A program made the translations under genes and the position numbers. From NCBI GenBank assembly GCA_003693705.1, contig RBZT01000798.1, positions 1 through 47,979 on the forward strand: DNA of 47,979 nt, read 5' to 3'. Of this stretch, positions 37,435 to 47,979 are shown piece after piece; within the stretch, counting starts at the first letter, position 1; every line of letters begins with the position of its first letter. The notes beneath the pieces are model-generated. The model worked only from the letters and a program-made list of their open reading frames with translations, made no database searches and was not told the DNA's origin. Origin of the DNA: Polymyxa betae A26-41. Its lineage: Eukaryota; Protista; Endomyxa: Phytomyxea.

Positions 37435-40126
37435 TTGCAGATGACGCTCTTCTTGCAGAGTCCCATCCTGATCATCTTCACCACACACTGTTAAACATCC
37501 AGATTCTCGTCATTCGTGTCTGTCTGCATCATCATCCATTGACTTTATTCGTTTCCTTTCTCGCTTTGTAGAAATTGGATCGACATCAGGATGAGCCGGT
37601 GACCAAGACAGCAGCGTGATCTGCAAGTCGCTGTTTTTATGATTTAGTGTGACGAGGACTTATGTCTGTGAAAAGGAGATGCCGCAGCTCTATGTCTAAA
37701 AAATCACCAATCCTTTCTGAAGACAGGGTTAAGCAATTAAGAAAGCGATCGAGTTGAATGCAATTCTTGGCTTTCAGAATGGCTGGTCGCAATTGACCCT
37801 TTCTATGATACTATGAAAAATTTCTGCAAATTTCCCTATTAAAATCTCTTATCTTGCAACTGACAGGTCAATGCTCGTTTCCAGTAATTCATGATTTAAA
37901 TAAAATCTGTCAAATTCGCGAAATTTGCGATCGATTGAATACATTGGTTTCTAGATTTTGTCGTTTTCATTCCGGATCTTTCCCAATTATAAGGCACGAC
38001 CAGATTTCGCTAGCTTAGTGATCTTACAGCTGATCTAGTTGGAGGTGCATTCGATCCGACCCTATGTAGCGCTGCAGTCCTATCACAGCACTCTCTCTCT
38101 ATATATATCTCTCTCATTTATTCAATCTCTCTGCCCTTAATTGGATCTTTTCGAGTATGTCTGCATCTGACATCGTTTCGTGATCTGCTCAGCAATACCT
38201 CGAGTTCGAGCGAATGTGGAATTATTGCAGCCTTCTTTGCACTATGGTATCTGTTGCTTCCACGGTCATCATCCAAGACTTGATCTCACTCTCGCTTTCA
38301 ATAAAAGTACTTTGAATTTGAGACGCATTCATCTGAATTCTGTTTTTTATGCCCCATTTGCTCATTATTTCGAATTGATTTGTTAGCTGAACCTTCACTT
38401 CTGGTTTTGCCGAAGCAATCGCCCATCCTATCGTGTCGTCTGCATCAATATCTTCATGTGGAGGTCGCAATGGAAGTTTGAACAAATATTATCCACCAAA
38501 CGATTAGATGCCAGCCATCACCGACGGCGTCAGATTGAGTTCTTCGACAAGAACACGATAGATAACATTTTTAAGCTTATAGAATCAACCTTTAGGGGTG
38601 CAGCCTCCATTTATAAGGTAGGCTGCGCTCCCTTTCAAAGAAAATGCGTTTTTCAGCACTTCATTGTCTAAACTCTCATTTCATTGGCTGCTGACGAGAA
38701 TACAATCGGTCTTTTTTATCAAGATCCCAAAGCTGTATACATCGTCGTCTTTCGGCTCGGTATTTTTAAGTTCGCCAGATTTCACCTTCTGCCAGATGAC
38801 TGAGTCCTTATCAAGGTTGCCGATATTTTTGTTGTTATTTCGGTGCTCAGATCAGTCATTTTCCACAGAACGCGAATGGAACACCGCAGGAACAAATCCA
38901 GTAAGTAATACAGTCTGTGTCTCTCTTGGGATGACGACTCAGACGCTGGGAACCCAAACAGATTGGGTTTTCTAAGAAAAGAAGCTTTCATTCTTATCAT
39001 GACCTTTGACACACATTCCTCATCTCAATATGGAAGATCCTATCAGCAGTCAGTTATCGCCATGGATTCCGTTAAGTAGATCCGATCGGAAGGTAATCGA
39101 TATGAAGCCAACCTACAAACAAGAGATAGGCCATTGACAGCGATTTCCTATTAAGTAAACATTAAAATTATATAAACTTATGAATAAGTCAACAAGTTAT
39201 CAGATACTGGACTTTGCTGACAGACATTTGACGTAACAATGAGATCAAATTTCATGAAAATTCACAGATTTAGTAAAATTAATTTACTGAAACTCGGATT
39301 TATTCAAAGAAAAAATGGATTCGGGTACAAAGCTAAACCGGAGACAAAACGTAGATGGTTCCAGCCTGGATTGAACCCCAGGCCGCATCAGGTCACCATG
39401 ATAAATCGGCCGGAAATTTGTCATCGTGCAGAGAAATGTTTCCCGAATATCGTAACGAGCGAACGACCTAAACTTTCCAAGCAATTAATGAAGATATCTT
39501 GAAACGACACGAAATGAACCACTCCATCCCCGTAGGCAGCCAAGCCTCGGAAATAAGAAAGGAGCAGTTTATGAAATGAAGGGTTTAAAAGTCAAAGAAA
39601 AGTTTCGTTTCGAATTCCGTACTGATGTAATAAAGGTCTGGGAAGGGGCAGGAACGGATCAACATCCGAAGTTGCCCGCTGCCCCAAAGCCTTGGAAAGG
39701 GAGAAACCCAGCATATGCAACCCATTGCAATCATATCCAGCAAAGTGACCGACTAACACGAGCCGGTTCTTGAACACAATTCCGATCACGAATCACGGTA
39801 ATGCCCATTTAGAGAATCCGGCTGATATCGTCGATAAAAAGCCAATCGATCACATCCAAATCTGTTCGTTGAAGCATCACAGCAGAGCCCAGAAAACAAT
39901 GGCGAAGTTTGTTACGATTGATGAGTAGTTAGGGTTAGGGTTTACATTGATACTGAGATTAGTTCTGCCGGCAGCTGTTGGAATTCAAAATGCGTGACTC
40001 ACTGCTTCCGTACTGCTCCTTCCCCCCCTTACCGAGCTTTGAACACTCATTATTCAATCTCCACTTTATATATTAAACCTCTGCTCAACAATTCTGCTAT
40101 CAACGACACATCCAGACCTCACTACA

Positions 40127-41125
40127 ATGTCGCATCTGATCACGTTCATGACCGTCGGCGTCGTCCTGGCCCTGTCGGTGCTGGCTGCGGATGTACCCGG
40201 CCTGATCGACAACCGTCCGGATACAGGCTTCATGAAGACGATTTCGGATCTGCTGGATCCGTGGGTCTCAGATGAACAGTTCTTCGCGGTGATCGCGAAG
40301 GTGATGGACGAATGTCGTGCATCATCCGATCTGAAAGAAGCTCTCAAACAACAACTCACGGAGCCCAATATCATCCATTTATCGCGTCAATTCTCCCAGT
40401 TTCTTATCGTGACTGACGCTGACATCGTCGAAGAAGCGATTCGATTTTTCATCGAAGAATGCGGCTGTAAATCATTGGCCGGATTCATGATCGGATTATT
40501 GTCTCGTCCTGGGTATATCACGGACCCTGACGTTGTAGCAGTAATCAACAATGTTCTCAAACCTCATTTCGATGAATCCGTCATCGTCGAAATCATCCCT
40601 GAACAGATTTTGGAAATCCTTCAGAACTCGGACGATCGTGACGAGCTTGGTGTTTCCATCCTTCAGAAACATCTGAACCTGATTCTTGAAACCCCCAAAA
40701 GTCTCTCCGCTCTTCTGCAGATTGGCATCAAATTGAATCTGGATTTGGAAAAACTTCCAAATCTCACCGATCTGACATTGAACGATCTTCAAATCTTAGC
40801 TCCATATTGCCGCATGTCCCAATATGATTTCGATCGAGCATTTGTTACGTGGATGTCCGCTGGTCGCTACGACATGATCGTTGAGGTATTACGGAGTCGA
40901 TCTCTGGTGAAGAGCGCCCAATCAATCCCGGACGTGCTCTACGTATACTGCTGCGCCGCCATCAACTTCGAACAGCAGGAAATCTTGGAATCTTTCCTCG
41001 GAATTCCGAAAATTTTCAATGGATTGAAACAATGGGCCACGAACAAGCCTGTCGATTATATCCGGCGATCACAAGGTTTTTTTCATCATTTTTTTGATGA
41101 GTTGGAATCGAACAGAAATCGTTGA
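40127..41125 (+). CDS. Predicted secreted orphan helical protein (332 aa as read; probably extends to ~41255 or ~41325)
   Basis: Signal peptide MSHLITFMTVGVVLALSVLA|AD and a long open frame. Coding-like sequence continues in other frames after a T7 run (~41089-41095) and an A7 run (~41223-41229). Confidence 0.75.
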   Translation: MSHLITFMTVGVVLALSVLAADVPGLIDNRPDTGFMKTISDLLDPWVSDEQFFAVIAKVMDECRASSDLKEALKQQLTEPNIIHLSRQFSQFLIVTDADIVEEAIRFFIEECGCKSLAGFMIGLLSRPGYITDPDVVAVINNVLKPHFDESVIVEIIPEQILEILQNSDDRDELGVSILQKHLNLILETPKSLSALLQIGIKLNLDLEKLPNLTDLTLNDLQILAPYCRMSQYDFDRAFVTWMSAGRYDMIVEVLRSRSLVKSAQSIPDVLYVYCCAAINFEQQEILESFLGIPKIFNGLKQWATNKPVDYIRRSQGFFHHFFDELESNRNR

Positions 41126-41786
41126 CTGGATAATAGGTGAAAAGTTGCCGGCTAACAGTCGGCTCTCACTGCTGGAAGGCACCAATCTGGATGTATTGAA
41201 TGAGCGTCTGCTACAAGAGCTTAAAAAAGACCATAGCCGACCCCAATATTTGTGAGATGGACATTTGCATGATCGAGGAATACTGGCTCAATAACTACCA
41301 ACAAATACAACATCGCACTGTCTAGGGTTTTTCCGATCTCGTTTTGTTATCGTGTGTGAGGAGTCTCTGATCTTGATATCGAAGCGATTTTTTTTTCCAG
41401 CTCAATCGGTTGTCGGTCTCAGCGTTTGTTCGTGGCCTTTGTTGTTAACAAACGTTTATCGTGCTGCCTGTTCGCTTCATTATCCTTGGTCGTTGAATTG
41501 ACTATACCCTATTCTATTAGTGCTAAATGCAGTCTGGAATGTTTAGTCCCGTACTATTAGGGTTTGCCAATACTGCATGTGATCAGGCTCAGATTCCGAT
41601 CTAGGCGTTATATTGAGTTTGGATCGTTTCAGGCAGCCAGGCTTTTGCCGACTATATGATCAAGGTGATCATTTCCAGTTTATCGTCCTCAGAAACTTCG
41701 AAGGAATTGTCTGTGTTTGAGAGACCCATTATTAATCCGCATCATATTGTATTAATATTGGAATATACAACATCGAGGCCCAATCT

Positions 41787-43240
41787 GTGTTAGGATCGGA
41801 TTGGATTCGATTGAACGATTTGTTCGGACCTTTCGGTGGGGTTGGCGACACAGTTACCAGAGTCCGGCGCCTGCCAGGTTCGCCTCCTGGGTGTTTCGTC
41901 TACGATCAGAGACGGCAAACATTTGGACGGTTTGAGCGAGCACGCTGTATTGAGAATGGCATAATCAACTGAGACAGGGCCGTTGCGAGATCGTATTTGG
42001 GCGCAACCTGTTGCGAGGTCGTATATGGGCGCAACCTGTTGCGAGATCGTATTTGGGCGCAACCTGTTGCGAGGTCGTTCTTGGTGCTCAGGTCCTTTTT
42101 GAGAAGGTGGCTGTGTTGCCGACGTTGTAAACGCCCCTCAGGTCAAACGCTACCATCGCCATACTGCTTCTTTACCACTTATGAAATCGGTTCGGGTAAC
42201 AAAGCACACAGTGAGCGGTATGCACGGACCCTCCTCGACTCGAAAGTTGACTTTGACATCTCGTATTGGAAGGCGCCGTGATGAACTGGGTCGTTTTCTT
42301 CGTCACCATCGTCGCCATACTGACTTCACCACTGTGGAATGTGTTCGGGTAACATTACACATTGTATCTGTAACGCCTACACGCTGACATTGTAAACTAT
42401 AAAGGCAGCAGCTCTCTCTGCCTGCCAATGACAGCTGCCTTTCGCCTGCGATTGTCTTAGAAAGTGGTTCATTAGCAGGGACATCTTTCTTGATGACGGC
42501 TTTTGTCGTTATGGCAGGCATTGTTGGGCTCGTTTGCTTCACTATCTATAGTGCTATTCTGCTGCAAATCGATGCAGCACTTCTGGGAGTGTCTCCTTAT
42601 TCGATTCCGTCTTCTGCGACGCCGTTAGAAGACGCCTATACAGAGCCGTCCATCACTCGCCAAGATCTCGACAGGGTCACCACTCTCATTCTCAGATATC
42701 TCGCAGCATATTGAACCTGCAGGTAGTTCCGGGAACGTCTTCGAGAGAATTGCGGCATTTGTCACGAATCATTGACGGATATTCCACCATCTGCCAGTGT
42801 CAGGAACACAAATTATTGCTTCGAAATCAAAACTTTTTCTTGATTTCATTCCCTTTTCACTTTTTTTGCAAAATTTTCTGTATCTTTCAAAGTTTTTGAA
42901 TTCTCTTTAAAAAGATCGAGTATTTTTGCCGAGATTTTTTTATGAGAAATTTTCAAGAACGCTTTTACTTGTTTGTCTCTGTTTACTGCTCTGAAGTCAT
43001 CTGCGTCAGAATGCTTCGAATACGACCCGTGCTGTTAGTGCCATCTACCATCTGTTCGTCGTCCTAATGCGATGGGTCAGTACGATCCCGATGACGATCA
43101 GTAAGATGCCGTGCGGCGTCCATTTCTTCCATAAAGATTGTGTGGCCAATTGGCGACGATTGCGCCCGAATCCGTCGACTCGCTTCTCCTGCCCAATCTG
43201 TAATCAGTCCTCACCCTGTCCTAATAATTCCGCACAGTAA
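41787..43240 (+). pseudogene. Transmembrane RING-H2 E3 ligase-like pseudogene
   Basis: TM segment FVVMAGIVGLVCFTIYSAILL (~42500). C-terminal QYDPDDD/ISKMPCGVHFFHKDCVANW..FSCPICNQ (43078-43207) matches the RING-H2 pattern. Stops and frameshifts throughout; the 5' boundary is uncertain. Confidence 0.6.
41982..42078. repeat. 28-bp tandem repeat, ~3.5 copies
   Basis: Unit GTTGCGAG(A/G)TCGTAT(T/A)TGGGCGCAACCT. The unit junction forms the palindrome CGCAAC-CT-GTTGCG. Confidence 0.92.
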
Positions 43241-44375
43241 ATCATTATTTTCAAGTCTTCTTAGCATCGATGCTTTATTTGCAAGATCGATCAAAATCGG
43301 ATTCGTTAACGCAATAATACTCGGAAATTTCGCCATTCTGAAATCGTTGACGACAAACAAACATTTTCGTTACCGGAGTAACAAAACAAACGTTTCAAAG
43401 ACCTCGCCTATTCAGGGATGCATTCTGATCATGCTTTCGATCAGAAAGCTCTCGCTGGCAGGAGCGCGCGTCCAGTACGACCCCTGCCTGTAAAACTTAG
43501 TATGATGCATTGCGGTCAATAAGTGGGTCCGAATCCTAGAGACTCGGGAAGGTGAATGCGGCAGGCCGACGTCCTGCCACAATGCCAAAAACGAATAAAT
43601 CCAAATCGTATTTTCAAATTTCCAAGACCTTTTTTACATGAGATCCATTCGTTTTTTTGTTTTTGTGGAAATTTCCTTCCGCATTCCGTTTCAAGAAGCG
43701 ACTGAATCGTGCTGGAATCATTGCAGGATTAGGAGAAACTCTGTTGGGAGATTCTTTTGTCTATCGATCATGTCAGTCGCTGTCGTATTGTCGGGATTTC
43801 TGCCTGCTGAAAACCCACCCGAGATTCCCATCAAACTAATTTGTTTCGTTATGACAGAAAAGCCCACGAAAGCAAGTTTGCTGAAGGCTTAGATTTTTAT
43901 GATCGTCGAGTTTCTGGATATGCAAGAGATAATGAAAGCGGTTCCCGTTTCTAGCCTCGCGAGGTTGCAGGCTCGTGGTCCGTCACAGACGAGGCCGCAG
44001 GCTCACGAGGTTGCATGCTCGTCACTTATCTCTCTAATCGTGAATATATGACAGGGGAGCCTTTCTTATCATCTTTTGAACTCTGCAGCTAATTTTTATT
44101 ATAATATTTTAGTGTTTTAGTCGTTCTCTCTTGAGCTCTTGGGTTGGGAAGCTGCTTGGCTGGACTGATCCATCGCAAGTCCATCCAGATGTGAATGCGG
44201 ATGACGATAGCTGTGATCGCGGCTGTATTGCTGCCAGCGAAATTGTTGACGACTTCTTAATAATAGAGCTGACCATCATTTTGCAAGTGACGAATCTGCT
44301 GCAGACTTCATAGACTGTGATATATCGAATGATGCCGCCGATGATATTGTTGCTGATAACACCACTGCATGCTGC

Positions 44376-44748
44376 TTGGGTGATAATGAAGGCTGTTCGC
44401 AAGTCAATTTTGACGGCATTCGTTTTGCCTCTTTCGAATCGGGTCTTTTTCCGTTTTTTAAAGAAATCGCCAACAACCAAGGCTTTGTTCTCGCGAAGAG
44501 CACTTTCAATATGGACAGATCTAGGGCTATGGATATCTTTGGAACAAAAGACGTTATTCAGCGTGGTTTCCTATACTGCAGATGTGGGCGGCAAAGAATG
44601 CTACTATAAAATCCCATTCACCTATTTATTCGAAGATAAGTTCACGCACATCATAAACCCGATCTCAGACCTCGTTCGTCTCCAGCATGACCTGATCGGT
44701 CATGCCATGACTATCCAGATCGATCCGAGTTTAAAATCAGGATTTTAG
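44376..44748 (+). mobile_element. Possible second MULE transposase remnant (FAR1-like DNA-binding domain)
   Basis: FASFESGLFPFFKEIANNQGFVLAKS..IQRGFLYC followed after a frameshift by KECYYKIPFTY. Same GFV/QRG..Y pattern as the remnant at 14.7-15.0 kb. The terminal HxH is not conserved and no TIRs were found. Confidence 0.4.
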
Positions 44749-45639
44749 CTAGCAGAATTTCGGATTCATCTGGGGTGGACTAAGTAGATTCGTAGTCTGA
44801 CAGATGGCGATGGTTCAGCAACCATCATCTCCTTAGAGACCTTCAAATATTGGAGTGCGTTTTCACACTTTAAAGTTCGCACTCCAAAAGTTAGCTTGTC
44901 GTAATCTGTTGTTGGCTGTCGGTAGAACCTTTGCTTAGAATGAAGCCGATCCTGCACGTACTGCTCTTAACTGGAGAGTCTCCAGCATGTTCTATGAACG
45001 GGCGTGGTTCTTGGACATTGAATCAGAGACCTTAACATCTGATGAACCTACCAAATCACGATTTCGAAACGTCATATTGGCAGCACTCATTTTCAGATCT
45101 TCATCGGCCAAGAGGTATTAATATCAATGTAATCGCGCTATATACAGTTGATAACGATAAGATGTCCCAGTGTGTGTAGATGCCGATCGACACAATCGTT
45201 CATATTGGATTAATATGGCTTTCACGGCCAACCGAATCCTGAATGTCTCTGCGAATAGAACATGCTCTGGTCTCAGTCATGTCAACATATTATACTGCAT
45301 TGACTTTGTTATGATTATGTCTAAAGCTCCCATCAGATCAAGTTACGCTGATAGTTGTGTGGTTGTAGTCACACCTTCTATTATCACATCGCTATTTCTA
45401 TCAGAATTCTATGTGCTAGTAGAACTGAACAGAACAATCTCCATAGAATATCATCTGCTTCTGACTTGCCCTTGGCCTGGTGTAAGAATCAGCCCAGCTC
45501 TAAAGTCCCGTTCTTTCGACGCTTTCTCTGTCATTATGTAAGGCAGATTCTGATCCTGGATTTATGTCATCACTTTGCCCAATCTGGAAATACCTTCGAA
45601 TGCACCATTGAATCTTAACTTGTATTGCTGTGCTGTCGA

Positions 45640-46835
45640 ACTCTGTGTGTTTTCCCAATTTTTGACCAAAGCTATGCCTCTGTTGCTGATTTCGGTCGAT
45701 TTTCTCTAAGTCGTCTCATTTCTCTTTTAGCACTTGTTCTGCTTGATCTAGTATATGTTTGCCGACATTACCCTCATTCTACAGATGTGTTAATCGTGGT
45801 GGTTTGTGGCGACGCCATCAACAAGGTCGGGTTCTCTCCGTTTTTTCCGAATTTTCTCACTTTTGGGGGCCCGCTCTCCCCAAATTTCGAAATTTTCTTG
45901 CTTTATTTCATTGCTTGCTATTGTTTACCATTCCTGTGACATTATTCTCGCAGTATGTTCGTGGTCAGCGTGTATTCTGTTCTACCCGAAGCTATGATTC
46001 TTAATGTGGTTGTCGATGATGAAATCGATCGGTACTGTTTCGTCTCATTTCTTTTTGGCTTTTGTGTTTCCTGTTCTAATGTTTTTTGACACTACCTTCG
46101 TGCTACAGATGTGCTAATCGTGGTGGTTGGTGGTTACGCTGATCATGATGGTCGGGAATCTCTCCATTTTTTCGAATTTTTCATACTTTTTCGGGGCGGC
46201 TCTGCCCAATTTCGAATATTCCTCGCTTTATTTCAATGTTGGTTATTATTTACCATTTCAGAGACATTATTTTCGCATTCGCGCATGCCTCAGCGTGTTT
46301 TCCTGTGTTACCCGAAGCCATGACTCTCAATGCCGTTGTCGATATGTGGCGATCGGCATTATTTCGTCTCATTTCTCTTGTGGCATTTGTTTTTTCTGTC
46401 CTCAATGCTTTCTGGCATTATCCTCGTACTACAGATGTGCCAATCGTGGTGGTTGGTAGCGTGCAGATCAACAAGGTCGGGAATCTCCATTTTTTCGAAA
46501 TTTTCTCACTTTTGTCGGCCAGCTCTGCTCAATTTTGAAAATTTATCGCTTTATTTCAATGCTTGTTATTGTTTACCATTCCTGAGACATTACTGTCGCA
46601 TTCGTTCCTGCTTCAGCGTATTTTCCTGTGTTACCCGAAGCTATGACTGTCAATGTCGTTGTCGATATTTGGCGATCGGCATTATTTCGTCTCATTTCTC
46701 TTTTGGCATTTGTTTTTTCTGCTCTCAATGATTTCTGACATTGTCCTCATGCTACAGATGTGTTTTCCGTGGTGGGTTTTGACGATTCTGATGAACTTGT
46801 TCGGGAGTCTCCATTTTTTCGAACTTTCACACTTT
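45640..46835. repeat. ~324-bp diverged satellite-like tandem repeat, ~3.7 copies
   Basis: TACAGATGTG at 45780, 46104, 46430 and 46753 (spacing 324, 326, 323). Whole units are alignable; no consistent reading frame. Confidence 0.92.
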
Positions 46836-47979
46836 CCGGCTTTCATGGCCAACCGTATCTCTGAATAGAACATATGTTTTGTAATCAGTAATTTCCACAT
46901 ATTGTACACCATTGACATTGTTGTCGTCATGCTCATTCAGATCCAGCTAGCTGCCGTTTAACTGCTCTCACTACTTTACAACCTATTTTCATCCACTGGA
47001 GGTTTTCCAGAGACTTTTGCAACTATCCGTTAGGCTTGCTCATGTTGCTGAAGCACAAAATTGCCTCGAAACCGATTCTTTCAGCGTCAGCCAGATATAG
47101 ATTTCATATATGAGTGATTTGCATTCATTATTTGATCCAGTACAAACGGCCTGAAAACCGCAATGCCCCGACACTACATGTGATTCTCCCTTCACATGCA
47201 GAGCTCGCCGAAAGTTGAATCGAAAACACGCTGATAAATGATATTGATCATTTATCGAGAAGGTCATTACAATCGATGCTCTCGACAATCGAGTGATGCA
47301 GTTCACTATCTAATGCCAGCATGATAACAGCTGACTCCAAGTGTAATCTATCTAAGCGATCTGCAAAGACGGCATTGGAAGGTCGCTGGCATGCGACCGA
47401 ATGTTAGGATCGTACAAGATTTGGGCCCAGATCCCAGGCTGCAGATCATGAACTGTTCGAGCTTCAATACGATCCAGATTATTGTCCTCGGGCTGAAAAA
47501 TCATGCTTCGTGCATGTTGATGCAAATCTTGTCGTATCGAAACTATTCAGCACAATGTCAAACTTGATAGCCCCTCGACAATGCAGACGACCAAACTGAG
47601 AAATTTATGCATTGTGAACGAAAATTTTGTCGGAAAGTCAATGAAACACAACCACGAAATAATGAATATGTTTCTGATGAAGTTGTCTGCGGCAGAACCC
47701 GATTTTTGTGTTGAAAGTGTTGAAGATGGTGGGGCGCGTGCGACCTCCCACTGACGGGCCTCAACAAGATGCCGGCGGTCGCGTGCGGGGCGAGCACGTG
47801 ACCGGCCCTGGAGTACCTGATGATCTTGATTACTAAACTCACTTTGGTTTTGACCACTTATCGTTGACTCCTGAGTTCTGAGTAGTTGGATGGCTGTCAT
47901 GCCCAATGGGCATGACAGTACTCGCAGCCGCCCAGCCGACCACCAGGCAGTCGTACTGGCCCTTCCTGAGGGGCTGCGC

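Noticed and set aside
38091-38115. (CT)n(AT)n microsatellite
   Set aside because: Short and ordinary.
39355-39400. tRNA T-arm-like sequence on the minus strand
   Set aside because: No D-arm/A-box or acceptor stem could be formed.
36165-42078. 27-bp and 28-bp repeats as CRISPR arrays
   Set aside because: Units are head-to-tail without unique spacers, there are no cas genes, and the context is eukaryotic.
47040-47306. GHCGFQAV as an OTU-like protease remnant of a MULE
   Set aside because: Only one short motif, lacking the preceding Asp and any supporting context.

Overview
This is eukaryotic nuclear DNA from an unidentified microbial eukaryote, read in the standard genetic code. Evidence: GT-AG spliceosomal introns, a tRNA-Ile(AAT), Pol III T-run terminators and telomere-like TTAGGG/TTTAGGG motifs. 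The window is gene-sparse and transposon-rich. Mobile DNA: a degenerate pogo/Tigger-type transposon with intact TIRs, two solo LTRs with 4-bp TSDs, a Ty1/Copia RT-RNaseH fragment, a MULE derivative with ~100-bp TIRs, a TA-flanked non-autonomous Tc1/mariner-type element and several tandem repeats. Most short ORFs in the ORF track are exons. Manual splicing reconstructs (i) an intact ~1420-aa orphan protein with a signal peptide and 17 introns, 16 of them phase 2, with tandemly duplicated exon pairs; (ii) a RhoGEF(DH)-PH-CRIB-STE20 kinase; (iii) an SRPK-like pseudokinase with a myristoylation motif; (iv) a protein with a signal peptide and an NLS/AT-hook; (v) a pseudogenised helical protein fused to the start of a kinase domain, with a paralogous pseudogene at 3.3-4.4 kb. 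There are also BTB, ankyrin and RING-H2 genes or fragments and three tRNAs. The two most unusual signals are intron lengths falling in discrete classes (~50, ~210-225, ~365-440 nt), with ~10-bp phased T-tracts in several long introns, and the symmetric-exon modular architecture of the putative secreted proteins. All gene models are hand-made and unverified by transcripts or database searches.
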